Shown: piece after piece, positions 52,126 to 64,000 of the stretch | Layout of the letters: each line of letters begins with the position of its first letter | How positions within the stretch are numbered: position 1 is the stretch's first letter | Assembly (NCBI RefSeq): GCF_009914755.1 | Contig: NC_060927.1 | Strand: one strand, 5' to 3' | Length of the DNA: 64,000 nt | Source: the human T2T-CHM13v2.0 reference genome, Homo sapiens | The notes under the pieces: generated by a model | The model's input: only the letters and a program-made list of their open reading frames with translations | What the model was told of the DNA's origin: nothing | Database searches by the model: none | Made by a program: the position numbers and the translations under genes

Positions 52126-53639
52126 AGAAGCATTATGAAAATAATTGCTATGTTTCCCTCTTTCAAAATAACTATGGTTTAAATTTTGGAGCATACGGTA
52201 CCATTTGAGTTGTGGGCAATTTTGGGTGCTAATAAATTCTGCTATAATAGTTGTCCATAGCCATAGTCAAATGTTTTGTTAGAGTATAATTTTCTGAAAA
52301 TTAAAAATAGGACTTTCCTTGAAATTTAAGATAAACACATGTCAAATATTTCATTCAACTTATTAATTATTAAAGAAACCGTGATTCTAAGACTGGTTCA
52401 AAGGAATATATGAGGAACAGAGATGTATAATCAATCAAACAATGTTGAAATAATAATAGTAAGCAATAAGTAATAACAATAAGAAGCAAAACTGTTTAAT
52501 GTCCCATGTGATAATAAAACAATAACCTTTGTGGTTATTCTTTTCTACCAGGCAGAAATCTACTAGTTAAAATGTAGCATTCCAGTGTCTGCACTTTGCA
52601 TTCTTTTAGACAATTTTTTAATCCATGGAAGAACCTGTACAAACAATTACATTGAAAAGAACTGCATTCATTCCCTTGCTTTCCAAGTTTTGAATAATTT
52701 TTCTTAATATTTTAGAATAAATTCTGAAAGGAGAATCATGGGATTAAAAGTAAAATTTAAATTACTGAATTATTTTAACGTTATAATTTACTTTTGAAAA
52801 CTATTACATTTTTAGGTGATGATTTATAGCATTTGTCTTCCTTGGATTTAAGATTAGGGATAAAACACTGGTTTCATGATGCTATTTTACCATATTTAAT
52901 TTATAATTATTTGCCTTAAAGGGCTTTTATCTCCCAAATATTAACATAACAATATATGTGACATGCTTTTTTAGCACTTTAAAAATAAATCACTTAGGAC
53001 AATGTTACTCAAAGAATTTTGACTTACCGTAAGGGGTTTTTTTGATGTTACTCTGAGGGTATTAGCTGTAGTTTTGTATATTTTTAATGTCTGGAATTTT
53101 AAAGGATACAAAACTACAGCCAATACTATAAATTGTGTTGCAATTTTGCAACACAAATCAGAGAGTATCAGAAATGAAATTAAGCAATGCCCATTATGTT
53201 CTCAGAATTTAAATTTTTCCATTATTTTTATTGTTTCTTCAGAATTATATTTGCCATGTATTGAGTTTCTGAATTATGCAGTCATTTTCCTGGATTTCAT
53301 TAGCTTTTCTGAAATGCTTAGTAAATTACAATGAAACTAGCTTTTAGAAGCAATTACTAGTGAATTCTTAGCCTTCTTTGCTCATGCAACAACAGTGTTC
53401 CCTATTAAATATGTTAATAACTACTTTACCTATTTATAGGCACATATTTTAGTGTTATCTTCTGAAATAATACTTATACCTTTAAGAATGGACCCATATT
53501 CACAAGTCCTTTTGGTGCCTTTTTTTGGTTATCCATGATGGTAGGTACCAAAACATTCAGTTACTTAGTTTTTAGAAAGACTTCTGGGCTTTGTTTGTTT
53601 GTTTTTAACTATGGCAATAATCTGTGTGCAGTTAAAATT

Positions 53640-53985
53640 CTCCATATTATAGTATAGAAAGCTGAAAATAAAAGTGGCTTTTAAAATAGCTAATCATAGT
53701 CTCTAAAGTAAAAGGAGTTCACAGATGGTCAGTAGGGTGATTGGTGGTCATCAGGGACCCAGCATTCCATAATCCTGCCCTGAGTTCCTTCTTCAAGGCC
53801 ATCTTATTGTCCAAGATGCTGGTTCTTAGGACAGTCCACCAAAAACTTAAACTTATATGTTATTGTCTAAAATTTACCTGAAGCAATGTAATTTTTTTTG
53901 GTTAGTTACATTATTGCTACCCAGAATAAAATCTGTAAAAGAAGGGGAAAATGGGTATTCAGTGGCAATGAACAGTTTCTGCCAC
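53640..53985 (-). mobile_element. Old MLT1 (J/K class) LTR fragment
   Basis: 'gtcatcagggacccag...tccaagatgct...aaggggaaaatgggtatt...cagtttctgccaca'. Confidence 0.55.
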
Positions 53986-55925
53986 ACTTATTTAATTATT
54001 TAAATAATTAGAAACTGTCAGGGAACTGACAGGGAACTCAAATGAAAGTCAAAATTTCTGAATATCAAGTCCACCTACTATTAACCAGGAGTTTTTCTCG
54101 GTTGGGTTACCTAAACTTTGAGTTTCAGATCATCAACTCTGACTTAATTATTTCTTTGGTTTCATTCAGTTCAGAAATTCAATAATCTTATACTGCAATT
54201 TATATTTAGTCTAAGACACAAATGGTGTTTAGATTTAACTGCTATCATATAGGCCTCTGGTATGCTCAAGACATAAATTGAGAACTTCTTGGAGAAATAT
54301 TTGAGCACACAGAGTGCCACTTGCTGTCTCACTGACAAAAATGTGACACTTTCAAAAGCCTGTGGGTAAGCCTCAAAGCAGAAATATCTATTTAAAATTA
54401 TACCTCCTGCCTATTATTGAGCTGAGACACTGAATGCTTCCCTTCATCTGAAACTTTAGGGACTATTTGCATATTAGTAGCATAAATCTTAACTAATCCA
54501 GCAGGAGGGAAAGTATTTAGTTTGTACTGAGAAAACTTTGTTTCAGGCGGAGAGAAGATATTCGAGTGATGATTGTCATCTTTTATATGCCTTGTAACTG
54601 TGATAGATGGTCTTGAGCTTCAGTGATTCATAATGGCATTTGGAGGCATGCAAAAAAAGCAGCTAATTCAAATGAACGAGTCAGTAAAACATCACAGCAA
54701 ATGTAGGTCGCAGAAAACTGTGGAAATCTAACAGAAGGGCAGTGTGTTGCCAATGAATATATTTGAGGACAGTAAGAGAAAACTATTTCTACACTCGTCA
54801 CTGGCTCCAAATAAAATGGTGATTTTATCTTTTCTACTGCAGCCTTCCAGTGGGACAACCTTCCTCTCTCCATTCCTTTTACCTCCTAAACCTCCTCTCC
54901 CCACAGAGCCAAACGGCTTTATACTTGCTCCCTCTTCAACAGTCAAATCTTCTTAACATTCAGAGGAGGAAAATGTGACCCAAAGGAGATTCATGACAAC
55001 CCAAGGGGTAGGTTATTGGCAGTACAGAGATTAGAAATCCAATTTTACTGGATTTCCAATCCACTTTCAATTGCATTACTGTGTTCTTTAATAATTCCTA
55101 TTAAATTGTGCGCTTTACAAATTTAGGTGTTGCATTAGTAGCTAACCTGAGGCCAGGATCTGGACTCCTCCCACTGACTCTTTAGCACCACCCTCTGTAC
55201 ATCTTGTCCTCACAAATGGGTTTTCATTGTAAGGACAAAGAAGGCTTCACAGAATGTGTGAGAGAGACAAGTAGAGGGACATAGGACTCCCCAGAAAAGA
55301 ACCCACGAAATTACAACATATGGTGACTTCTTGTCATGAGGATAAGCCAGTTCAGGCTTTATGGATCAATTATTATTTCATTCTTTCTTTCAAATAGCTT
55401 TTGAACACATACTATGTACCATCAACTACGCAAGGTGCTGAAGATTCAAGGGGAAGAAAATCAGTTCTTCCCATCTTTCAGTCGTGTTAGTCTTGGGCAA
55501 CTGAGTAGATAGATGTGCCCCTTTCTGAAATAGAAAAGACTGTATGAGGAGCAAAAATGCAGGATAAGAGCAAGTATCTACCAGAGTGAGAGATACCCTA
55601 GACTCTCAACCAATAACTACCTCCTTTGCCATGTTCCTTCCTGTCTTTGCATTACTTAGGAAGTGAAGTTCCAAACAGGATAGTTTAGATGTCAGGTTGT
55701 AATGCTAGGTCAGCTCAGAAAACCCTGGAATCAGGACCTGTCATGTGAAATTGATGACTGCCCCAGATCCCTTTCCATCTCAAAACACCTTTCCCATTGA
55801 CCTGTCAGTTACCTGAGTCACATCATTAATGGTATTGCTTCTGCAATGTCATTGTCTACTGAAGGCCTTATTATAATAAACATATGTAAGTTATTCAGAA
55901 AAAAACATTTGAACAAGTTAGTCTC

Positions 55926-56690
55926 TGTTCTAGTTTCCTAGGGCTGCTGCAACAAAGTACCACAAACTTTGCTGCTTAAAACAATGCAATTTCATATATC
56001 ATAGTTCTAGAAGTTAGAAATCTAAAAATAAGGTGTTGGCAGGTCATGTTTCTTCCAAAACCCCTAGATAAGGATCTTTCTTCCGTTTTCCGGTTCTGGT
56101 AGTTGCAAGTGGTTTTCAGCTTGTGACAGCATAACTCCAGTCTCTGCCTCTGATGTCACATGGGGTTCTTCCCTTATGTATCAGTAAATATTCTCTTTTT
56201 ATAAGGACCACATGCTGCATTGTCATGCTACATTTATTGCCCATTCTAATCCAGTCTGATCTCATGTTAACTGATTGCATCTGCAAAGACCCTATTTCCA
56301 AATGAAAACATAATCTACAGTAATGGGCTGTCCTAGTCAGCCAGCCTGCCCTGACAAAATACCATAGACTGGGCAGCTCATAAACAGCAGAAATTTATTT
56401 CTCACAGTTCTAGAGACTGAAAGTCCAAGATAAGGGTACCAACATGATTGGGTTCTGGTGAGAGCCCTCTATCAGGTTGCAGACTACTGACTTATTGTAT
56501 CCTCACATGGCACAAAAATCCCATGAGACCTCTCTGTGGGATCCCTTTTATAAGAGCTCTAATCCCCTTCACGAAGGCCCACTTTCATGACATAATTACC
56601 TCCCAAAAGCTCCACTTTGTGGGGAACATGAAATTCAGTCCATAACATGAGTGTTAGAGCTTCAACTTATCTTTTGGAGAGAAACAGTTT
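55926..56690 (-). mobile_element. MLT1B/C LTR interrupted by an MLT1A
   Basis: 'agtttcctagggctgctgcaacaaagtaccacaaac...catctgcaaagaccctatttccaaat' to 56328, resuming at 56648 'gttagagcttcaacttatcttttgg'. Confidence 0.8.
56329..56647 (-). mobile_element. MLT1A-like LTR nested in MLT1B/C
   Basis: 'aaaataccatagactggg...gaaatttatttctcacagttct...ttttataag..ctaatccc...attcagtccataaca'; TG...CA ends. Confidence 0.8.
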
Positions 56691-58370
56691 TTATGAAGTG
56701 TAGGGGCAGGATGAGAGAGAAAGAGTAGGGTGAAGGCACCTAGAATGAAGTCGATATAGCAGGCTCAAGTAAGGCGTAACGACAGACAATCCTTGTTCAA
56801 ATAGGGGACTATATACATACATCAGGCATTGGAGGGAAGCACCAAAAGAATACCCCAGAAAAAGTACTGAGGGGGATAAAGAAGACAAACTTCACCTAAC
56901 TCATAAGTTTGCCTGAGCCAGAAAATAAATGAACTTTAGAAGTAGAGTTTTGCAATTTAAAGTAAATTAAGTCAATGAATAATTTCCTCGGAAAATTGTC
57001 TTTGGCCCACTCACAGCTCTTTTATGGCTTATACCAGCTTTTTCATGGGAAAAATTAACGCTTTAGACAAGTTGAATCCATACCACTTAAGTTCCCTTTA
57101 AATAATCAAGCAAGGTTAAAATGAAAGTATTCATGGTAATAGAATCTGCCACCAGGGGATTATAGCTTACTAAGAAAACTATGACTAATACCATTCATTG
57201 ACTACCCTTTACCTTCCCAAGAGTAATATGGTAAAATTGCAGTAGGGAGGATTTAAGGCAGACAATAAAAATGTTCCCAGTACAATTTTTTTTTTTCAGT
57301 ATTGCTGCATCATCTTTTCTTCAGTGAGGTTAAGGAATTGGAAGGAGATTATCAGAAAGGGTTGAAGTAAAATGATACCTTACTTCATTCAGTCATAAAT
57401 ATTTCTTGATTCACCCAATATCTTTCCCACCATGAATATTCTTATTCTTTGCTTCTCAGCACAAACCGATAGTTGCTTTTTCAATAAATAGCTCTTACAG
57501 CGTTGAGAACCTCACCTCATAATGGTATTATAGTTAAGGTCCGTGCAGCAGATCCCCTTCAAGACAAGGAATCCTCTTCTTTGGGACTCTCTTAGATGAG
57601 GGCTAAAGTGACCCTTTAAAATGAGACCCCTCTCTGGAAAATTGCATCAGGACAGCATGATTGAGGCCTTGTTTGTTGAGCCGAATATCAGATAAGTAAG
57701 CTATATTTATCAAGTTATCTTTCCCCTCATGAGCTTCATTGTACTTTTGCTTTCTTGGCTCTTGACATTCTCCATGTTTCCCACTCTGTTCAGGGATCCA
57801 GCTGACAGTAGCCCATTTTCTATTGTTTGGGAGCATGTCTTGAGTTTCCCAAAGTGGGAGGATTGCCTCCGGGCTGTTATTGCCATTTATTGAGATTGGG
57901 ATGATGCTCTAGTTCTGACAGAACAGTCCTGGTTTATGTTCAGCTGGTGATTCATTATGACCTAGATCATTTTCTACCATATTTGTTCATATTCAATCTT
58001 CCCTCATTTTAAAATAAGGACAAAATACCCAAGTGTATTTCAGGCAACTTGTCAGGATATCAAAAAAATGGTTTCCTACTTTCTGAAATTCTGGCAAATG
58101 ATGTCAATAGCACCAGCTAGTGCCATAAGTATGTACAGTTTATCTGGGAGACCACCCTGGAGTAGGAACCAGGAACCCATGGAAGATATTGCTAAAAGGT
58201 TCTCTGAAGCAGTAAAGTGGGGATGGCAAGGATTTTCAAGCCACATAAACTGGGTTTGGATCCTGCTTCTTCCACTCTTCACTTGGGAAAGTTACATAAC
58301 TTTCCAGTCCTCAGTATCTTAATCTGGAAATTGTGGCTTATTAAATCTGCTGCATTGAGTTGTTGTTAGA

Positions 58371-58550
58371 CAGTATTCCTCAAGACATGGTCCTCAGGCT
58401 GTCAATGGCATAATCACAGGGGTTGCTTGCTAAGGCAGATTACTAGACCCCAGAGCTAAAGATCTGATTGATAAATCTGGAATGAGGCCTAGAACTCTGA
58501 GATATTAGCATACATTTCAGATGATTACCTGCTAAGCTTAGAGAACTGCA
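58371..58550. mobile_element. MER5A-like MITE inserted in a MIR (about 58240-58600)
   Basis: 'cagtattcctcaag..atggtcc...gcagatt..tagacccc...aatctggaatgaggcctag...ctaagcttagagaac'; MIR sequence on both sides. Confidence 0.6.
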
Positions 58551-60600
58551 GCAAGGAGACTTAAGTGTAAACTGCTTAGTACATCGTAGGAGTACAACAA
58601 AATAGATCTATCCCTGGACAGATAATCAGTTCCTTGAAAGCAGGTTGGTGTGTGTTCACCGTTGTATCCCCAATAGTCCAATGCCTTGGCACAAATCAGA
58701 TGTTCCATAAACGTTCATTGATGTGAATGGTTAGAAATCACTAGTCAGAGCTGAAAGCAAAGACCAAAGACCAAAATGGTCAGGGAATGTTTGGTTCAAG
58801 TAAAATAGGAAACAGAAGCAAGATACACCATCAGAAAATAAGCAAGATTGCGGGCTGCAGTTCAGTTTTTCCAGATATCAGCATTAGTACAGAAGAGCAG
58901 CCAGCAGGTGTCAGACAGAGAGAAGCTGTTGGGAAGGCAGCAAAAAATAAGTTAGAGAATATAATGAAGACTGTAGTGGGAAGGGACCAGGCAGGGAGGC
59001 AATGTAAGGCTCTGGCAATCAGGACAAAAGTGTCCACAAAGTCTAAAGAGAGAGACAACACTAACTGGAAAACAGACACCTTGCCCTGAGAGTCCAAAGC
59101 AGAAAGTTTGAGCACCTGGATGAGTTTGGGACTATGTGAGCAGATTCTGGTAGAAAAATCTAGGTGGTTTCAAGGATGGCACTAGACAAAGTCAAAACTA
59201 AAAACATAACAAAGGAAAGTGGCAGAATCACTGGTTCTGTGATGAAATCAGATAAACTGAGTGGACCAATAAAATCAAAATTTTGGTTCTAAATCAGTAT
59301 GGAGATCTCCTACAGAAGTGAACCTATTAGGACTGTTTCATACACTCTGGTATAGGCCTAGAGATATATAATTAATATTTTATAACTAGAGCTAACGTGG
59401 TTGTTATTGGAATCATAAACAGCAATTACATCCTTATGTGCAACATTTCCTGACAAAGATATTCTTTGGCTACACACACATACTTGAAGACAAATTTAGA
59501 CCAAGACGACATTATTTCAAAAATAATAATGAATTGGGCATGTGAAAATTACCTTACATATTTGAGAAATACACTTGATGTGTGCATATGTAAAACTTTA
59601 TTCCTCTTTCATTTTTACATTGATTACCTCAGACATTATGCAGAACAGTGTGTAGATCCATTTTTTGAATCCTAACATAATATAGTTTTCTAGGGCATTA
59701 TTTACACATGGTTGTGCTTTCCCTCTACCTGAATTATAGCCTTATATCTTATTATGCATGTGAAATATGTAAACAGCAATTAGCCCAGCAATTCTGTGTA
59801 TTAATTACTTGCCTTTTAGAAAGCAACACGTCTGCAATCTGCAAAGAGAGCCACAAAAGGAATTCTATGGCAGTACAAGCATTTGTGTGTTTTTACAGAT
59901 AATTCCATTACATAGAGTCATTCATGAAGAATAAATGGCAAGAAAAAATAGGATTTATCAGGGTAAAGCCCTAAGGGTTGAAGAAAACACAGGAAAATCC
60001 AATTAGAACTGCAGGGAGTTGGTTCAATCTCTTAATCGGCACTGCAGCACAGCAGATTAATATTATTGCCTACTATTTAAACTTTATTACTCCATTTTTC
60101 TGTCTGTGGTCCTCTGTTTTGTCAGCCCACCTTGAAAAGATGGCAGGCAGAACCATATAATACTTTTTATGGCCTTGGCAACAGCACTGTTTTGTGGTTT
60201 GAAAGGTAAGTACCATTCTAGAAATGATGAGGTGAGGAAGCAGGCGACACTTTAGCTTGTTTTATAAGCCAGAGGGTAAGGCTGTTTGCCCTGCATACTA
60301 ATCACAAAAACCATCAGCACCAGCACTTTGCCAGCTTCTACTGACTGACAGCAAAATTTACAGCAGTCATTTTTCTATAGAATTATCCTCATAAAGTTAG
60401 AGGCATCTGGAGACAATGACTACAGCAAAGACTCCAAATAGGTCTTGGTCTTGGGTTCCAGTTATGACACAGACTTACCAGATGATCTTGAGCACTCAAT
60501 TTTTGGTGTCATGAACAATAAGTTTATTAAAAGCCAGATTCTTAGATAAGTTATACTTAAATAAACATACATTAATTTTTTTTTTTTTCTAAAAACTGGG

Positions 60601-61055
60601 GCATATGAGTTTCCTAGGGCTGCTGTAACAAATTGGGTTGCTTAAACAAGAGAAATTTATTCTCTCAAAGTTCTGAGGCTAAAGTCCAATGTAAAGTTGC
60701 TTGCAGGGCCATGCACCCTTTTAAGCTTCTAGGAAAGAATCCTTTCTTGCTTCTTCATAGCTTTGGGTGGCTTCCAGTAATCTCTGCTGTTCCTTGATAT
60801 GTAGCTGCGTCATTCCAATCTCTTCCTCCATTATCACATGGACTTCTCTGTGTCTCTGTGTCGGATCTGAATGTTGCTCATGTTTTTTGTTTTGTTTTTC
60901 ATTTTATAAAGACATCTGTCATTAGATTTTGGCCCTCTTCTAATCCAGTATAATCCCATCTTAATTTCACTAATATCTGAGAAGATCCTATTTACAAATA
61001 AGTTTCTGAGTTTCCTTGCAGATATAAATTTTGGGGGGAATCTATTCAACCAGCT
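60601..61055 (-). mobile_element. MLT1C-like MaLR LTR
   Basis: 'gagtttcctagggctgctgtaacaaat...gaatcctttcttgc...taatccagtataat..catcttaa...tattcaacc'. Confidence 0.8.
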
Positions 61056-62379
61056 TCAGTGGGAAATCACATAGCCCTGAATCTTTGAGTATTTTGAGAT
61101 AAGTAGCTGTGAGCATTCAAATAACTTAAATCATGAGTGTTTCTATTAATGAGTTATTGCGTGTATATACTATACACAATCATGCGGTCTGTGATTTTAT
61201 GGTATGTTAATTTATTCCACAAACATTTATTTTACCTGAAACCTCTTAGATAGTTATAGTAAAAGCATGTTGTATATTATTTTCCTAAGTTTATTTTGCA
61301 AATACTTCAACTAACAAAATAATTCTAGAATTAAGAGTTTATTTTTTACTTTATATAGATATTTGGTAGGCAAATGTTAATCTTGGTTAGAAAAGTTAGA
61401 AACTAAACGTAAGTTTTCCAAACTTTTATCCCCACCACAAATCAATGCACACTTTATTTTATATAGTAAATGGGTGTTGTATATTTCTTACAAATCAAAT
61501 CATCTCTTATTTCACAATCAACATGGTTCTCTGAGCTAATCATTTTTAGAATGAAAGATTCCTAGGTTAGGTTTGGGGTTTATTTTGCATTGACACAAAA
61601 TCTCATTAGATTCAGCTCAGTCAATATATCTGGCAAAATAAGATTCCTGTTTGGGCAAGCAAAGTTTTCTTTTCTCTGAGTTTGCAGTTCTCTTCCAGTT
61701 TTCAGATTCATAAGACACATGTAAATGTAATCTCCCTTCTGCACACCACTGGCTCATTTATTTCATTTGTTTCTCCCCAGGTGTTGATTAGACCATTCCA
61801 GTTGCTATCTGTATCTATTTTACAGTATAGAGTTGTTCAATTGATATAAATGGAAGTGTTTGTTTGAAAATATAACTTTTTTCTTTCTACTTCTACTCTT
61901 CTGAGGTTGTACTTTACATTTTAAAGTGTGCTACTAATATTTTTTTCACATTTTCAAAATCAATCTCACTTTATCTAATTTATTTCCCTAGATGCTTATA
62001 TGCTTTGTGCCACCAGAGAGGAGGTCAGACAATCTCAACTCCGTCAGGGATTTTATATATCTCTTCTGTAAATCACTGAAGATACTTCAACTCTCCTAAC
62101 AGAGTTCTCACAATGATCAGAGGAGAGCTGACAACTTCATTTTGTTAGCCCTTGTAGCACCTCCCACTTCACCTCACGCCCCTAAATATGTGCTTTATCT
62201 AGCTCACTCTCCTTTTGTGCCAAATTACCGTGCCAATTCTGCTTTTTATGTTTATTCTTACTCTGATTAATGTCTTTTTGGTCCTTCATGAGAAGTCCCT
62301 ACAGGGAAAGCTCAAATCTTTGTAATTTTCTTGGCATGAAAGCAAGCAAAGTATCAAACACGATTAAGTTTCTGACAAG

Positions 62380-63075
62380 CTTGGTCTTCTCCCTCGGATT
62401 TCAGTACGCCTTTTTCATTCATTTTTCTACCTCTTTTACTCTGTCTGTTGCTTAATATTGGTATTCTCTAGCATTTATTTCCTTCTCACTTTTCCTTTAC
62501 CTAATCTCACCCACTCACCTGCCTTCAACTAACACCTGCCCCTGGCAACTCTCAAATCAGTGTGTGCAGCTGAATGTCTTTTCCTGACTTCTAAATGTGT
62601 ATCCTAGATCCAGAATAACAACTTTGTTGACAACTGCACTTGAATATCTTATATGTACCTTTTTAATAAATGTTTTTCAAACTTTATCGCCTGCTGCTCA
62701 CAGAAATAAATGCATATTTGCATCTCAAATCACCAAGTATGTCCAAAGGCCCCAAATCACCACATGACTTGGTGCCTACAGTAGCATGACCAAAATTTAC
62801 CAAATCATTAACTTCCAAATTGCTCCTCCTTCTGCATTTTCTCCCTGAGTTAATGAGACTGTATTGTAGAAATCTGAAAGTTATTTTAGACTCCTCCCTC
62901 TTGTATTTCTCATCAAGAGCCACAAAGTCCTACACATTCTACTTCCTAAATGTCTCTCTAGTTTAACCCAAACTTTCCATCCTGCTTCATGAACTATTTT
63001 GTATGATAACCCTGAGAGTTCTGCTTATCTCTTTTCTATCTCATGAATATTTAGTCCATCTTCTATACTGGTATA
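62380..63075 (+). mobile_element. L2 fragment
   Basis: 'aatctcacccactc...ctctcaaatc...ccaaattgctcctccttctgcatt...ttagactcctccctct...ctacttcctaaatgtctct'. Confidence 0.6.
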
Positions 63076-63391
63076 TAAATTATTTTTCATCACTTTCTGT
63101 TTGCTTATCTTTCTCGTTCCATAGAGCAACCACTTTCAGGGTTCTAGAAATGGCCAATAAAGAATGCTTCTTCTGAGTTACTTACAATCCAATAGAGGAA
63201 ACATAATTATAAACTAATTACTATATCATACAGAAAATGTTCTTATTTTGTTGAGCATAAGATATTCAAGTGCAGTTGTCAAATGTTCTCAAATTGTTGA
63301 GCAATTTCAACATCTCAAAAAAGGAATGACATGGGAATCAAAAAGAACCACCTAACATGGCTTAAATTTTCTCACTTAAAAATGGAAATCT

Positions 63392-63696
<305 letters not shown>

Positions 63697-64000
63697 TCAC
63701 CTGCCATCACCACATCCACCTTTCCTGCTAGGAGGTGCATCAAGCTAACCGAACTTTTTTTGCACTAGGCTTTCATCTTGAGATGGTCACTGAAATACTT
63801 TTCCAGAATCCCCAGGATTTCAATAAACAAGCTTTGCATAATGCTGATGTAGTCCAACACACTCAGTTTAGAGATAAGCCAAAGAGGTCAACTGATGGGT
63901 CTAAATTTAGAAGCTTGTTAGGAGTTTAGTCCAAAGGAAAACCAAAGTCTTCCAAAAGACAGTCCAAGTTTTTATCTTTATGTGGACTCTTTCCTTTCCC

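Overview
Human (not microbial) non-coding genomic DNA, AT-rich and dense in interspersed repeats; intronic or intergenic, and the locus cannot be named from sequence alone. The species call rests on an L1HS insertion with the human-specific Ta diagnostics. No protein-coding gene, RNA gene or CRISPR array is supported. The only ORFs with recognisable homology are broken L1 ORF1/ORF2 remnants; the rest are Alu, LTR or low-complexity read-throughs, or chance. Main content: a near full-length old L1PA16-like element (about 1570-8353, minus); an L1MA/L1PB composite (about 10250-13665); eight Alus; a solo LTR12C (49653-51506, minus) nested in Tigger3a; several MLT1 LTRs; MER2/MER3/MER5A DNA transposons; many MIR/L2 relics; microsatellites. 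Best observations: (1) a very young L1HS Ta-1 insertion with a twin-priming 5' inversion and a perfect 16-bp TSD; (2) a 29-nt unidentified polyadenylated micro-insertion with a short TSD inside an MLT1; (3) an LTR12C with a long CCAAT/GATA tandem array and a consensus splice donor from Tigger3a just downstream of its promoter. I found no evidence for a new multi-gene biological system. Subfamily names come from recalled consensus sequences and need RepeatMasker/Dfam confirmation.
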